A stretch of DNA of 64,000 nt, taken from Chrysomallon squamiferum. Taxonomy: Eukaryota; Animalia; Mollusca. The position numbers and the translations under genes were made by a program. Of this stretch, positions 45,191 to 58,839 are shown piece after piece. Numbering within the stretch: the first letter of the stretch is position 1; every line of letters starts with the position of its first letter. The notes under the pieces were generated by a model, which worked only from the letters and a program-made list of their open reading frames with translations, had not been told where the DNA came from and did not search any database. The stretch covers positions 6,572,001 to 6,636,000 of the forward strand of contig CM022677.1 in the NCBI GenBank assembly GCA_012295275.1, in the 5' to 3' direction.

Positions 45191-47199
45191 ATAGTTAGAT
45201 ATCAGAATACCAGTATATGTTCAGAAATATAGAAGTTGTTATCTCACTAGAACAGTTTAATATTATATTTTATTTTATAACCGCAGTTTACACAAATAAC
45301 AATAAGATACTGCAACGTATTTTACGTTTTATTTTACCAGAAAGTCAGCGATAGTGTTGTGATTTAACGAAATATTAAGAATATAGGTTAATTCTTTATT
45401 TTATTTTATTTTTTATTTTTAATGAAAAGTAAGTTTATTAAATATGTATTTAATTTTTATAAAGACATTAATAATAATTTAAAAAACAAAAACTTATTAC
45501 ACATTGGTAAAGTGAAAAAGTGAAGAGTAAACTCAACAAGTAAGTTTATGCTAAACACTTTACTAGAGCAAAAACATGAAAATTTACTTTTCAATGTTCA
45601 GTACCAAAACAGTGGCGTTTTTAATCATCCAAAGTATTGTAAATTTACTAAATGTTGTGTCCTAATTAAATTCAAAAATTTTAAAAAGTGAGTTTACTAA
45701 ATATGAAATCAGAAAATTATCAGTCTTTAATAATACAATACACATTAATTTTTATGATTTTTTCTTTTTTCTTTTTCCTTTCTTTCTTTATTATTATTTG
45801 TTCCTGCAAATATTTGCAGATTCCTTTTAAAGTTGATTTATTTCATTATTTTCTTTTCCTTTTTTTTCTTTGTCAACAGTAAAACCTATTTCCTGTATGA
45901 GCAGTATTATTATTATTATTATTACTCTTGTTGTTATTATAAAACACAGATCAGAGGTTATAACGATGCAACCGTATGGCCATAGCGCTAGTCATTACAC
46001 AAGCAGTATAACCGTTGTGACTCCAGAAGATTTGCCTCTTTCTGTAATTTTCAGTGTAACTAAACTGTGATAGATAACAAATTTCATTTTAGCCCAGCGG
46101 GATCCCGTTTCTTCCAGTAATTAGACCTTGTTTTATTTTTTTATATAATCTCCAAATGTTACATTAACCATAATACCCTTTATAATTTCAGTAATTATCA
46201 ATATTATATGTTAGAGAATAATAGAAAACAACATAAAGATAATCTTTTATTTATCAAATATATAAATAGTTTCTGCAAGTGGTATTAAGTATTTTTACTT
46301 TAGAACGATGTCACAGACTTTTTTACTGATAACTTGAGATAAGACGGCTAGCAGCAGAGCGAAAATAAAATCGAATGTGTTTTCTAAGGATAATGATGCC
46401 TGCATAATTAAAAATAATAAATATATAATGTTACTTGGATATTTTATTATGTAAACTGTGCAACATAGACATAGTCAGAGAAGGAGGTATTATTTTTCTA
46501 TAAAGAGATGCAGAGAAATACGGAGAAATATAAATTAATGCGATTTTTTAAGCTGAGAAAATGCACAGGAAACGATTACAAGACTTGGGATTTTTCTCTT
46601 TTATTTATTTATTTTTTAAAATATTTTTTTTAAATTTATAAGAAAATAAAAGTAAATATACTTCTACATTTTGACTTTAAAATATATTTCTATTTTAATA
46701 AATGACAAAAGTTTTATAAGAAATATAATGTAAACTAATATTTAAACACTAAATTTTTATACAATATTTATTAATACATAATCAAAGTAACGATAAATAT
46801 TAAGTTAAAGTTAATGCACATGGCATTTTTTTCTTCAAAACTATGAAAAGATATAAACAGTTAATTAGATGTACCCAATATCCAACAATAATTGTTAACA
46901 CAATTCTTTAAGTTTACTAGAAAATCTTGGACCACTTTCAAATTGGTAATTGAGTTGGACTGCTGCAGAACTTATAATAGTGCTGATTGGATGGATACGT
47001 TTATTACAGATCATATCATAGGTCACTGTTTTATAATTCAGCCAATTACGTTTGGTGTTGGATTTGTGTATGGAACACTATCGGAAGGAGTGCTTGTTAT
47101 TCTTTGTTTTTTGGAGTAATGTATCGTTGTAAGTGTGGGCTTGACGATGGATTTTATCTTGGTACAGACAGTTGTTGTTCATTTCTTTTTTATTTGAAG

Positions 47200-48330
47200 A
47201 CGCCGACCGAATGTTACAAAACGTACAGCAGATGGATGGATGAAATTAAAGCGTTAGCAGAATACAATAGATTTGGAAAAGAAACAGAGATAGCGTTATC
47301 ATTACAGGAAAGTGAAGGGTCCATCCTGATAAAGTGTTCAGTGAACTCGGCGTTGATGAAAGACGATAGAATGGCGACTTTGCTAACGAAACTATAAAAA
47401 AAGACTAACTTGCAGCCGTATATGTTAGTGTTTAAGTTACCAGACGGAGCTGATTTGTGTCCCAAAGAACGACAAGTTTGTACTTACTGGTGCCGACTAC
47501 AGCGGTGTGTCATATTTGTTGAAACAAGTAAATGATAACGACGATTCAAGAGTTGGCACTGATTTATGTAGTGGAAAAAAATGAAGTGTTTTATACACAA
47601 AAGCGAAATAATAGTTAATTCAGCTGTTCTTGACAGTGCATATAGTTCAACGGTTGCCAGTGAAACCTGTATGAAATGTTACTTGGATACTTAACACAGA
47701 AACTTGAACAAGTTAATGAAATGTTAGTGACAGCGTTTTCTAGTCTGGTACAGGTAAATGCCTTAAATCAAAGGAATAAGTAACAATTCATTGTGAAATA
47801 GTGGGTGTAAAATATAACAGATATGGTTGAAAGTGACATGCAATTACTTTTGGGAAAACCAGCAGTGAAAATTGCAACGTAGTGTCAGCTTTAGAGCATG
47901 ACAGAGCACAATTCTACAAGCAGATTAATTTGTATACTCAGTGTTCATCTTGATGATTAAAACGACTTTTTAACACTACTACTGATAAAAAAAAAAAAAA
48001 AAATCATTTTACAACTTCATAAACAGTTTTCTCATCCATTGAATCAAAGACTTGCAATGTTGTTAAAGGATGCAGGTGTCAGTGATGATGATTGTCATAA
48101 GAGGTAACTAAAACTTGCGATGTTTGTAAACAAAATTCAAAAGAACTTCACCCAGACATATCGTGTGTTTCCCATTTGCATCAGAATTTAATAATGTGGC
48201 TCTGGATATAAAAGAATGGAAGTCAGGTGTACATTTCTTACATTGATTTGACAACATGATTCTGATTAGCTGCAGTTATTCAACAAAAAGCTCCAGCTGT
48301 GATTGACAAAGTTTGCTGAATTCACTATTA
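47200..48330 (+). mobile_element. Highly degenerate LTR retrotransposon, Copia-like (GalEa-type) gag-protease-integrase
   Basis: KTYSRWMDEIK..IALSL; FKLPDGADL..ERQ; protease AVLDSAYSSTVA and ITDMVESDMQLLLGK; integrase LHKQFSHP...CDVC...ASEFNNVALDIKEW..HFLH-IDLTT. Integrase directly follows protease. Confidence 0.7.
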
Positions 48331-48964
48331 CAACTTTGGTTTGGATGGTAAATGCAATGAGTGGATTCAAATGACAGTATGACATCAGATTAGATCATCA
48401 GATGTTGTTCACAAACCAGTGATAATGTGTACCACAAACAGGAGTAGAAACATCCTAGTTTTGCTCTTGGCCAGGATAATAAAAGTATGTGAGATTTCAT
48501 CCTTGCAGGTTATAAAAAATGGAGGCGAATTTCATTAGTTGGAAGAAACTGAACAGTCTGTGACTGGTGGTCTGTTACTAACTCTGCTAATCATTGAAAA
48601 TAACAGTAATGCAGATGAAATCATGTTCCCATTTTAAGATGAAAACAAAACAGAAAATGCATTTTGTTGATCTGTAAACTTGGTAGGAGACACAGAATTG
48701 AACAAACAGCAGCATGTTATTTCTCTGAAATTAATGTAAAAGAGAAATAATGCAGAAAAGAACTTTCAAGACAAATTATTTTTTTAACTACATTTATTTC
48801 TATAATACTTTCAACAGTTTTAATTTTTCTTGTGAATGTGTTTACTGTTAAAATCCTATAATCATTTTCCATTCTTCTTTTGATAGATTGCTGCCTCATT
48901 TCCTTGAATGTTGCATATGGTGGTAGTCATTGGTGTTGTTTGTTCAGTACTTCAGATCAGAACA

Positions 48965-49075
48965 AAAAAGTAGCCTATGAAGTGGTGTTTCCTCTCTCAT
49001 TATCTCAGTGATTCTTAACCAAGTAATCATAAATAAAATGTATTGAGTGTGTCGTTAAATAAAACATTTCCTTTT
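48965..49075 (+). mobile_element. 3' end of a gastropod-type SINE
   Basis: aaagtagcctatgaagtgg..tttcctctctca...taaataaaatgtattgagtgtgtcgttaaataaaacatttcc resembles an abundant gastropod SINE tail recalled from memory. Not verified by search. Confidence 0.55.
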
Positions 49076-49079
49076 TCAA

Positions 49080-50656
49080 ATATCTCCATTAGATTATAAG
49101 AGACCTTCTTTTCGACAATTTGTTCAGCCATTTCTTTGTCCTCCCCCAGTCAGAATCTGAATAAATAACCAGACACTGAAGTTGGCTATTTTCATTACCT
49201 TGATTACTTATTTCAAATCTCACTTTCATGTTGCTCAGGAGTTCTGAAATTAGAGGGTGTCTGGTAGTTAGAAAGTTTTCACCTGTGCCTCTATGGTGAG
49301 ATAATTCAGAAGAGAAAAGTGGATTTGCCTTTAATTAAAAATAGCCCATCTTTTGTCAAGTATTGTTCAAACAATATGCATGTCTGTCCCAGTGAGTATA
49401 ATTTCTAGTTTATCTACAGTATCTCACTTACTTGCTGAGTATCTCAATTACATGCTGAGTATCTCAATTACTTTTTTGGCTTCTTATTGGCATTTCCTAC
49501 TTGCTATGATTTATACACTTTTTTTCCCAGTAAAGACCAGCCATGGACAGCATATTTTTTCCACATTTCTGTGAGTTTTCTTTCAACTCTTCTCTGTTCA
49601 TACCTGTAGGTATAAACATAAATACAGTACTGTCAACTACACAAATCAGAATGTATTAAATATTAATAGCATCATGTTTATTAAATAGGAGGCACATTTT
49701 AAATAAAAAGATAATTTCTAAAATTAAATTCATATTGCTGAGAAGAAGAACATTACAGAGATAACAGCAAAACTTTTTTAAATTAGCAAGAAAATATATA
49801 CACATTTTTGGCATAGATGTATGTAAGGGTTAATTTCTTACTTTACATGCTTGCTTTTGGGTTTACTTTGGCTAGAAGTTCTTTATAGAAAATTCCATCG
49901 TTCTGACACATTCCAGACATGATAATTAATTTAATTAGCTTTTTCACTAGGCACCAAATTAACCAGCCAATCAAATAAATTCAGAGAGTAAAAACTACCC
50001 AGAAATTGGAAGTACTAACACATAATTGTTTCAACATCCCAGTCGCCCACCTCCCAGTTGATACACATATATCCCAATAGATAAATAATTTCAAGTCAGT
50101 TTCAAGCTATTTATTTATAAACAAGACAAATTTTATTATAATATAAAAATATTATTCAGTTTTGAGGAAACCTGAGTTAAAAATAATTATAGCCAGAATT
50201 GGTTATGAAAGAATCAAGTTATATCAATATAGTTTTAAGTTATGTATACATTTAACAATATACCTTTAAATGACAAAACAAAAAAAACAAGGAAAATGTT
50301 TCTTACTGAATATCACTGCCAAAGTGCATATCACACTCCCGCATGTCACTTACTTTCAACCAACCGTAAACTCTCTTTCCTTGTCTGTGAAACTGCAGAA
50401 CTGAAGAGAAAAGTGAAGCCAAGCAAATTGACAAATTTCAAACTGTTAGTCTGGTGCACAAAACTCACCACATCTTGTTGCTAATTAATGTAAATTTTCA
50501 GTTTAAAAACTGCTTTAAAATGTTTGTCATCACATATTTTCCTGTAAAAGCAAATTACTGATTATTTAAATATATCACGTTAAAGGCAGTTTATTCACAG
50601 ATTAAAATTGTTGTTTGTCATTATTTTATCTTTTCTCTACTTTATATAGAAATTAG

Positions 50657-50691
<35 letters not shown>

Positions 50692-51540
50692 GACTAAACT
50701 TTCTATTATATTTAGTTTCTAGATTACAAATTATCTAGAGCTGCAGCAGCCAGTAAATACAAGTAGAACATGTCTTTACCATTTGTCATTACTTTCCTTT
50801 GTTTCCTTTAATTTCTTTCTCCTATTTCTACAAATTTGATTAAGCTTTGTCATAAAACAGTTTCCACAATACCTTTCTCATTCATCCTCTGCTAGGATTG
50901 ACCTTGTTTTCATTCATATCCTTTTCTTTGTAGATTTTGACGTTTCCAGTTCATTCTTATTGATTTCCGATGAACAGTTATCAATAATGTCTAGTTTCAT
51001 TTGAGTGACAAAAAGACATTAACATAACAAGTCCATTTCATACCTGTAATTGCTTTCTTGTTTGGTATTAATCAGCTGAATATTATTAGTTTCATGCTCT
51101 GTATCTGTCAATACAGTAATGAACTCCTGTTCCATATTTATTGACTCATCTGATGCAAAGTATTGGCGATAATAAATAAGTCTTGTTTTATACAACACAT
51201 TTCTTGTCTTTATATCCACAGATGTTTCACTTTTGTGAGCAGATCCTGAACTCATCATTAGAGCTATCTGAAAAGTCTGAGGAGAGAAAGAAAAAGTCAC
51301 ACAAGAAGGAATTAGAGACACCTTCCAGCACTGTAGTGTGGATTATAATTAATCAGAGATTTTCCTGTATGTTTCTTTTACATCTCTTAATACATCCTGA
51401 AAACATTTACTTCCAGATGTTTCTCCATGCTTTTTAATGATATAAGTTTCTGTTTAAAGTTTCCTGACTTTACTTTTCTATATATTTACTAGTCAATCTT
51501 TCTTTTTTCTCCATCATAGATCCATTTCTTTAATTATTTG
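49080..51540 (-). pseudogene. Decayed large-exon gene (segments ~50780-51540, 50357-50400, 49080-49603), family uncertain
   Basis: Coding-like composition with splice sites (cctacag| at ~49604; ATG|gtaaag at ~50779) and many stops. Fragments LEGVSNSFLCDFFFLS, ICGYKDKKCVV and RHPLISELL. Confidence 0.35.
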
Positions 51541-52596
51541 TGGTCATTCTCACTTAACTGCTAATACTTTTTTTGTGAAAATAATATTAATCTGCTTATA
51601 GAAATAAAAATATTTCTTTAGTAATAAAATATGATAATATAACTGTACCTATCTGTAATTACCAATATAATTTCTGGTGTATAAAATAGAAAATTACTTC
51701 TCATCTTGTATTAAATCATAACAGCTGAGACAGGGATACTCAACAGATAATGAGGAATGATGCAGTAAGCCTTTCAGCCATGTGATTGCAGGTATTGGTA
51801 GATAAACTTTATGACAGCCAAACAGCAATAGCAGTTCAAGTATTAAATTATACTATTGTCTTTTTTCACCATGAATGACATGATTTTAAATTATATATGA
51901 CTTGAATTTCAAAGTATTGATATTTTTTTTGTTGAAAAATGGACATTACAAAACAATTTTTTATACATTATGTTGTGGAAATACTCTTCAGAATGCTGCT
52001 AACAGTTTTTCAAAGTGATTGAAATTATAATTATTTGTAATTTGTATAGTTCAGAATGGCAGATGTTTTATCTGGAGATTCTGATTATAATTTCTGTGAT
52101 TCAAAAATGAGCAGTCTGATGAGTATCAGCATCCTGTAGGTGCATCTTCAACATTTCTACATCACTCGTGACATAAAGAAAACTTCAAAATTAATGTGCT
52201 GCTTTGTTGGCTTTCCAAAACTTTAACAAAATAAAACAGTAAATTAAAAATACTACAAAATAATTGGTTTAATTTTCAAAAATGTGTTTTAACAAATGAA
52301 AAAATAGAATATTTAGTGCTATTAACAGATAGTATATTTTATGTAACTTGCTTTTTCACTAAAACGTATGTTTGGTAATGCAACTTTTTCATTGTTTCAT
52401 ATTTAATAAATTTTGATTTTTGCTATTGATGGTGAAAATGTAAAATACATATATATCCAAAACTGATTTAAATAATTTTATAATGAGTAAATATTTCAAT
52501 GCTGAAATTGTTTAGTTTAAACTTAATTGTTCCTGCACATATTAGGTTAGTTTTTTCTTCTTTGATTAATTATCTCTAACACTGTCAAGAGTTTAA

Positions 52597-52636
<40 letters not shown>

Positions 52637-53654
52637 ACAGGTGGCAAAAAATTAGGATTTTTATTTCCAAATTTGCTTGTGAAATGGTAAAAAAAAAAAT
52701 AAAATAAATATAATAATAAAAAAATAAATAAAATAAAATAAAATAAATAGTAAATAAATAAATAAAATTGCTTATTAAATAAACTTCCCAGTGAAAACTA
52801 ACTTAAACTGGAGTTTAAAAGTAGTGAAATGTCATATTATAAATTTCTCTTCTGTAAAAGTTTCATTTTTCCATGGTGTAATAAATGTAAATTCCCTTTG
52901 AATCTTGTATGTTCGTAAGCTACAAAATCACACTGAAAAATACCATTTATTTTCAAGATAGGTTAGTGTAATTCTATATTTCTCAGCTCTAATTATGTTC
53001 TGTGGTGTTGCTAACAGAATGTCACCTGAATCAGCTTTTTGTTAATTGAAAGGTAGAGTGTGCTCTATTTTTTCAGTATTTATTTATTTAATATTTTTTT
53101 TATATTGACACGGAAGTCCCAGATCTACATTTCTAAATTATTGGTAGATATCTCAGATACACTTGTAAATAAATATATGTGTTTTCCAATGATAAATGAT
53201 AAATGATAAAGTGTTCATTGGGCACTGATGTTAATTTTATTACTATTATCTAATATGCAGAAAATCAGAGGAAAAGTACTGTTGTTGCTTTGTTTTAATT
53301 TTTGTTTTTTTTGTATCTCCAATACAGAAAAAGCAATGAAAACTAAAGTTTAATAAATTTTCATGAAAAGATTTGTGTAAAAATAGGTTACAATTTATAT
53401 GTTGGAATTTTGTTACCTTCATCATTAAAAATATTAATTGGGAACAGTAACATCATCCTTTTATTTTCTAGGAGAAGTGCAATATATAGATGTCTGGTCA
53501 TTCAATATTAAAAAAAACAAATAAAAAAACAACTTTTTTCTCTCCCTTTATTTTTATTATTTTTTCATCTTCGTATAATAGTAGACTTTGTTTACAGAAA
53601 AATTGTAGTAGAGGTTAATAGCTTGATCTTTATTTTATTTTGCTTATTTATTAA

Positions 53655-53702
<48 letters not shown>

Positions 53703-54264
53703 TTTATTATTTGGTTCAGGTATGATTAGTCATTTATTTCAGCCTGTAAGCAAGTAATCAAATTAATAATAAAAATAAAACGAAAAAGAAATTATAAAAT
53801 GCTAATATTATTATAGTTTATTTTCAGTATGAAAAGAAAATATAAAAACATATATGAAATAATAATAAGTATAATAATAATAAGGTAATAATAAATTGTT
53901 TTGAATACATTTGTGCAACTATTTTTCTAGAACACTGTCTCTGGTTTAACAACTGATGCATTGAAAGCTAAAATTACTAAAGAGACAGAGTCAGTTAAAA
54001 GCAGGCTAGCAAACAGTCAGACAGCTCCTGATGTTCTGGTTTGTATTAATTCATATTAGTTACATCTGTTAATAACAGAAAAGCTATGAAATAAAACAAT
54101 GCAGTCAGATGAGTGTTTGGAAATGTTACCTTTATAATTAAATTACAGAACACATGCAATAATTTAATTAAATTTCTGTTTTAAAAAGTTTTTAACCTGT
54201 TTGCATATTTTAACATCAGAGACCTGTGGCTAATAAAAAAATAACTTTTTAAAGTTAATTTCAG

Positions 54265-55877
54265 GTGATAGAAATTCTCCAAGGTCAAGAAAAAGTGAAA
54301 AAGCTTAAACCACAATTCATTTGTCTTAAATCAGTCAGTGTCTGATGTCAGTAAGCTTCCGCCATATTGTACCCTGTCCTGCCCATCAGAGGTGTCAGTC
54401 TGGACTGGATCATAATGCAAACCTTACTACCTGCAGCAGTCCATCACACTGGAATACACACAAGTATCATCAAAGAACTGTTCAGGATATGAGACAAGGG
54501 AGCAGCACCATAACCTTGAACTGTGGTGACAAACAAGAAACAGATTCATCTTCTGACATAAGATGCTACAGTTTTAAAGCTGCGATAGCAAATAATAAAT
54601 ACCAGAGTAAGACAGCAGGTAAGACTTTAAATTTAGATATGTTAATTTTAAGGTATAATTTAGTTTCAAATGCAAAGTAGTACAGTGTGTTAATTAAAAT
54701 GGAATTTTATTGGTTATTTTAAGTATGTTTTTCCTACGAATAATTTGGTCTTTAAAATATTATTTTTATTTTTATTTATAGAATTTTAAGTAGTTTTTCA
54801 CTATTTAAATATCCACTACAGTAATGTTTTTTTGTTTTGTTTTTATAAACACACACCTATAGACATATATTTTTGGTAATGCTAGCCAGGGAGAAAGTGT
54901 TTATTGAAAACAGCATCAGTTTATGCATTTTTGACACACTTCAGTTTGTGTTAATGATTTGTTTTTAACTATTACTTTTAAAATTATTTTAAATACATTT
55001 CTTAGTAATTCTTAGTAATTTAAAATTACTTGCTAACTTATTAGGTTTATTATTTGTCTTTCAGAATGAATGAAAATAAGCCTGCTGAAACTGCAGAAAA
55101 TGGTGAAAAGGTAAGTAAAGTTTTAATTACGTTTCGTATGGATGTAATGATACAGGAGAAAAATGTATTGTTTTTCTTTCTTGGATGGATAAAGACCTGT
55201 TTTTAGATAAAATTGTTCTTAGATATTTAAAGCATTTAAATCATTGAGAGCATTCAGAAGATTTGTCAACTTTTTAGATCTATAACAAACACACCTTCAC
55301 TTTCTGTGTTGACTTCACACGTTGGTATCACTGAGAATATTAACTAGCAGTCTGGTGGATTACACATTATATATTTATTTATTCTCACTCTCCTGTTTTC
55401 TTATCAACAATATAGCTGTTTTATGATTATATTTATAGATGATGAATTTAACAGTTAATAGAGAAAATGTTTAAAAAAACCCAACAAACATGTTAGTTAA
55501 TATTGTTAAGGTTATCTTCAGCTCTTTTATCTGTGTATAATCATTTTAAATATGAAATGTACATGCCAACTATAGGAAATTAGTAAAACAGGAAGAAAAA
55601 AAAAATATATATATATATAACTAAATTAAAAATATATCTTAAAACCTTGGTTGATCACATCATTTTAGAAAGGAATGTAATTTCATGTTTTGTTTTATTT
55701 TCTTTCTTTCCTAAAGGGTTATGCAACAGCTGCATCATTTGGAAAAGTTCAGGAGATGTCAAGGAGATTAACAGAAGGTGAACCATCTTTTCATATTATT
55801 ACCTGTCACTTCTTAGTAATGAGCATCTAAGCAGACATTATTATTATAATAATGGTGGTGATTATGCTAATGTTAAT

Positions 55878-55939
<62 letters not shown>

Positions 55940-58410
55940 TTGCTCCAGTTTTTGTGTTAAGACAAAACTATTTTTATATCATATATTTTTTTAACACTCA
56001 GTGATGATTCTAACAATTAAGGAAATATATATTTTTTTTAAATAAAGTTATATTTTACCAACTTCTAAACTTTTTGTTGTAATAAACCTTAACAGTTTAT
56101 AATAAAGTTATGACTTATACAAACATAGCAAAACTTAATAAAATATGATGTAGTTTAAAAAAAGTTCCAGCAAGATATAGAATTTTAATTATATCAAGAT
56201 ATATAACTCTTCAAATATAACTCTTCAAATATAGTTAAATTTAATAAAGAAATAAATATTACTTTGTCATACTTGCTTACATTTTAGTTTTCACTATAAA
56301 TTAATTTTATAATAATATATCGAAGAAAATGTAATTGTTTGATTAATTCCAAGTTATATCTTATTGGAAGTTAAATATATAAAATAAAGTATATTTCAGG
56401 TTAGCTATTTTGAATATATTTATTTATTTTTCCATAGATTTCATAGAAATGATACTTAAACATCAATAAATTAATATTATTTTTCAGGCCATATAATAAA
56501 TATTACAAACAGGCAAATTTTGACAGAGTATTATCAATTTTGTGTTTTGTTTGTTTGTTTGTTTCTAAAGTTGAAATTTATTTTCAGTGTAACTAAAATA
56601 TAAATAATCTATTAATTTTGGAACTCTTCTGTTTTTGTTTTTTTTAATCAGTTTGGATATAATACTTATAGTTCATTTTGTTAGGTTATTAGAAAATACA
56701 TTATTTGTTATGTTTTACTCAAATTAAAGTTTAAAATTACAATTTTTAGGCAGATATTTTGATTTTCTATTACTTTAAATTTGCGTTCTTTTTTATTTTT
56801 GATGTTGCTCTTTCAGGGTTTTTTAACAAATTTAATACTTCAACAATTCTGTTCTGCATTATGCAATGATTTTTGTTTTAATGTTGATTTATTTCACTAT
56901 AAATTTGTGAATTTTAGTTTATCTTCACTTGCCTTTACTATTATCTCTTTTATCTTTGTATCTTTTTATTTATATTTAATTTTTAATTTAATTTTGATAT
57001 TTTATTTATTTATATATTTAATTTTTAAAATACTGGCATTCAAAACTTTTCTGCATGTTTATCATAAACATTTAAATTAATAGCATCCATCACCTATAGA
57101 TGTGACTTCCATTATATTGAAGAATCTAACTAGCAGAAGTAATTAGTTTAGATTTGGGATTAACACCTTTCTTTAATTTTTGTTTATGAATTTTTTTTTT
57201 TTTTTTCTCTATGAGATATATTCCTGCCACAGTTTTAGGCTCATCATAAATAATTATTAGTAGCCGGGATTCCTGCCAAAACAGTCTGCTAGATCATTGT
57301 AGAAGTTCAAGATGACAGAGGAAATAAAAGAGAGAAATGTACTCAGTGAATACAGATAAAACAAACTGTAAGCTGGAAACCATTTTGAGTTTGTTAATTG
57401 TGGCTAATCCAGCTTTACTTCCAAAATTGCTAAATTAGTAATCTTGTTTTGCAAATTTAATTGTGCAAGCTGAAACTAAATCTCTTTCTGGTTTTGTAGG
57501 TGATTATGACAAAAAAGACCTGAAGATGACAAATTCTGAAGAAGCAAGTCAATAAAATGGAAACATATTCTTTAGTAAGTGGTATCAATATATTTTATAA
57601 TAATAAATAATAGTAATGTGTTTAAGTATATATGTACATATGAATGCAGGGCTTGTAATGACCAGTCACCAAATGCTAGCAAAGTTCTGTTTGGGTGACT
57701 GAGATGTTAAAATATTATTTGGGTGACTTTTTTTTTTATATAAGTTATAAGACAAGAGCCACTATTAATAATTTCAGGGCAATATTTCTTTCACAGAGTG
57801 TTAGTTAAAATGGTAGAATTCTCTTTATTTGTTCTCTGCAATGAACAATTATAAAAATTATGTTTTTAATCAAGATCTTAACTCATTAATTGTAAGGTTT
57901 GCTGCAGGTAAATGATTTAGTATTTTTTAATGTTAATTTTGCTGCTCCTTGAATGTTACCATCATATCCAAGTCAGTATTAAAACATTGTTTAAATATAA
58001 TTCATTGATAATGAATAATAATTTTCCATGACTGAAACATTTCTTCCCAAAGATTTTATTGTGAAATTAATCATATGCTCCTAGCCTGGAAAGTGTAAAA
58101 AAAAAAATCTTTTTAATAATGTATGTTAAGCTTTAGAATGATAAACTTTATGCTTATTTTTTTATTTGTTGTTATTTTATTTTTATTTTATTAATATTTC
58201 TTTCTATATTTGTTTATTTAGATAAATCTGGCTAAAAAAAGGGGAAATGTACAAAATCCACAAAATTGGTCAATCTTGAACAAATAGTAGGAAACAGTGA
58301 TTCATACATGAAACAAGATAGTTGTTTAAATATACCTATCAGACCACCAGCACAAACTTTGGATCCAGCATTTCAGAGGATTATGTTGACCAGCTTGGAA
58401 GACCTTTCAG
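54265..58410 (+). pseudogene. Multi-exon pseudogene of an unidentified low-complexity protein (exons 54265-54618, 55065-55110, 55717-55777, 57500-57574, 58222-58410)
   Basis: Canonical GT-AG sites. The last four exons splice in phase (0, 1, 1): MNENKPAETAENGEK/GYATAASFGKVQEMSRRLTE/GDYDKKDLKMTNSEEASQ*NGNIFF/NKSG*KKGKCTKSTKLVNLEQIVGNSD..., with two premature stops. Confidence 0.5.
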
Positions 58411-58839
58411 GTAACTCAGATACAAGTGAACTTGAACTTGAAAAAAATTAACGTGCTAATCAGAGCAAGCCGTTGTGAAGCACGTCTACGACAGACACAC
58501 TTTCTGACAGGTCAGTGGGCGTGTCTGTTGCACAAAAGAGGTGTGGGTAAGGAAAGAGAGTGGACAGACAGTGGATAGAGAGTGGATAGAGAGTGGGTTC
58601 TCATTATGATTGCAGGACACAAGGGAGTGTCAGACATATGGGATCGTAATGAGTCGGTTCCGATGTTTCGTAGACGTTATCCGCTCCTTGTTGTCTCGTA
58701 TTCGTCACCAGGTCTGTGTTGGTTGTGTCCTGTTTGTTTGTTCTGTTCTCGGCTGCTGGTGATGTTTCCTTGTTCTTTTTGACTGCATCCCTCTGGTCCA
58801 ACAATTCCAAACTTTTTTTTTTTTTTTCCATTGATCTTT

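Noticed and set aside
55880-55937. (AAT)n(ATT)n palindrome as a functional hairpin
   Set aside because: This low-complexity pattern recurs elsewhere (3251-3347) and has no specific support for function.
57647-58088. CAGGGCT...AGCCTG as a hAT MITE
   Set aside because: The terminal match is too short and imperfect, and there is no 8-bp TSD.
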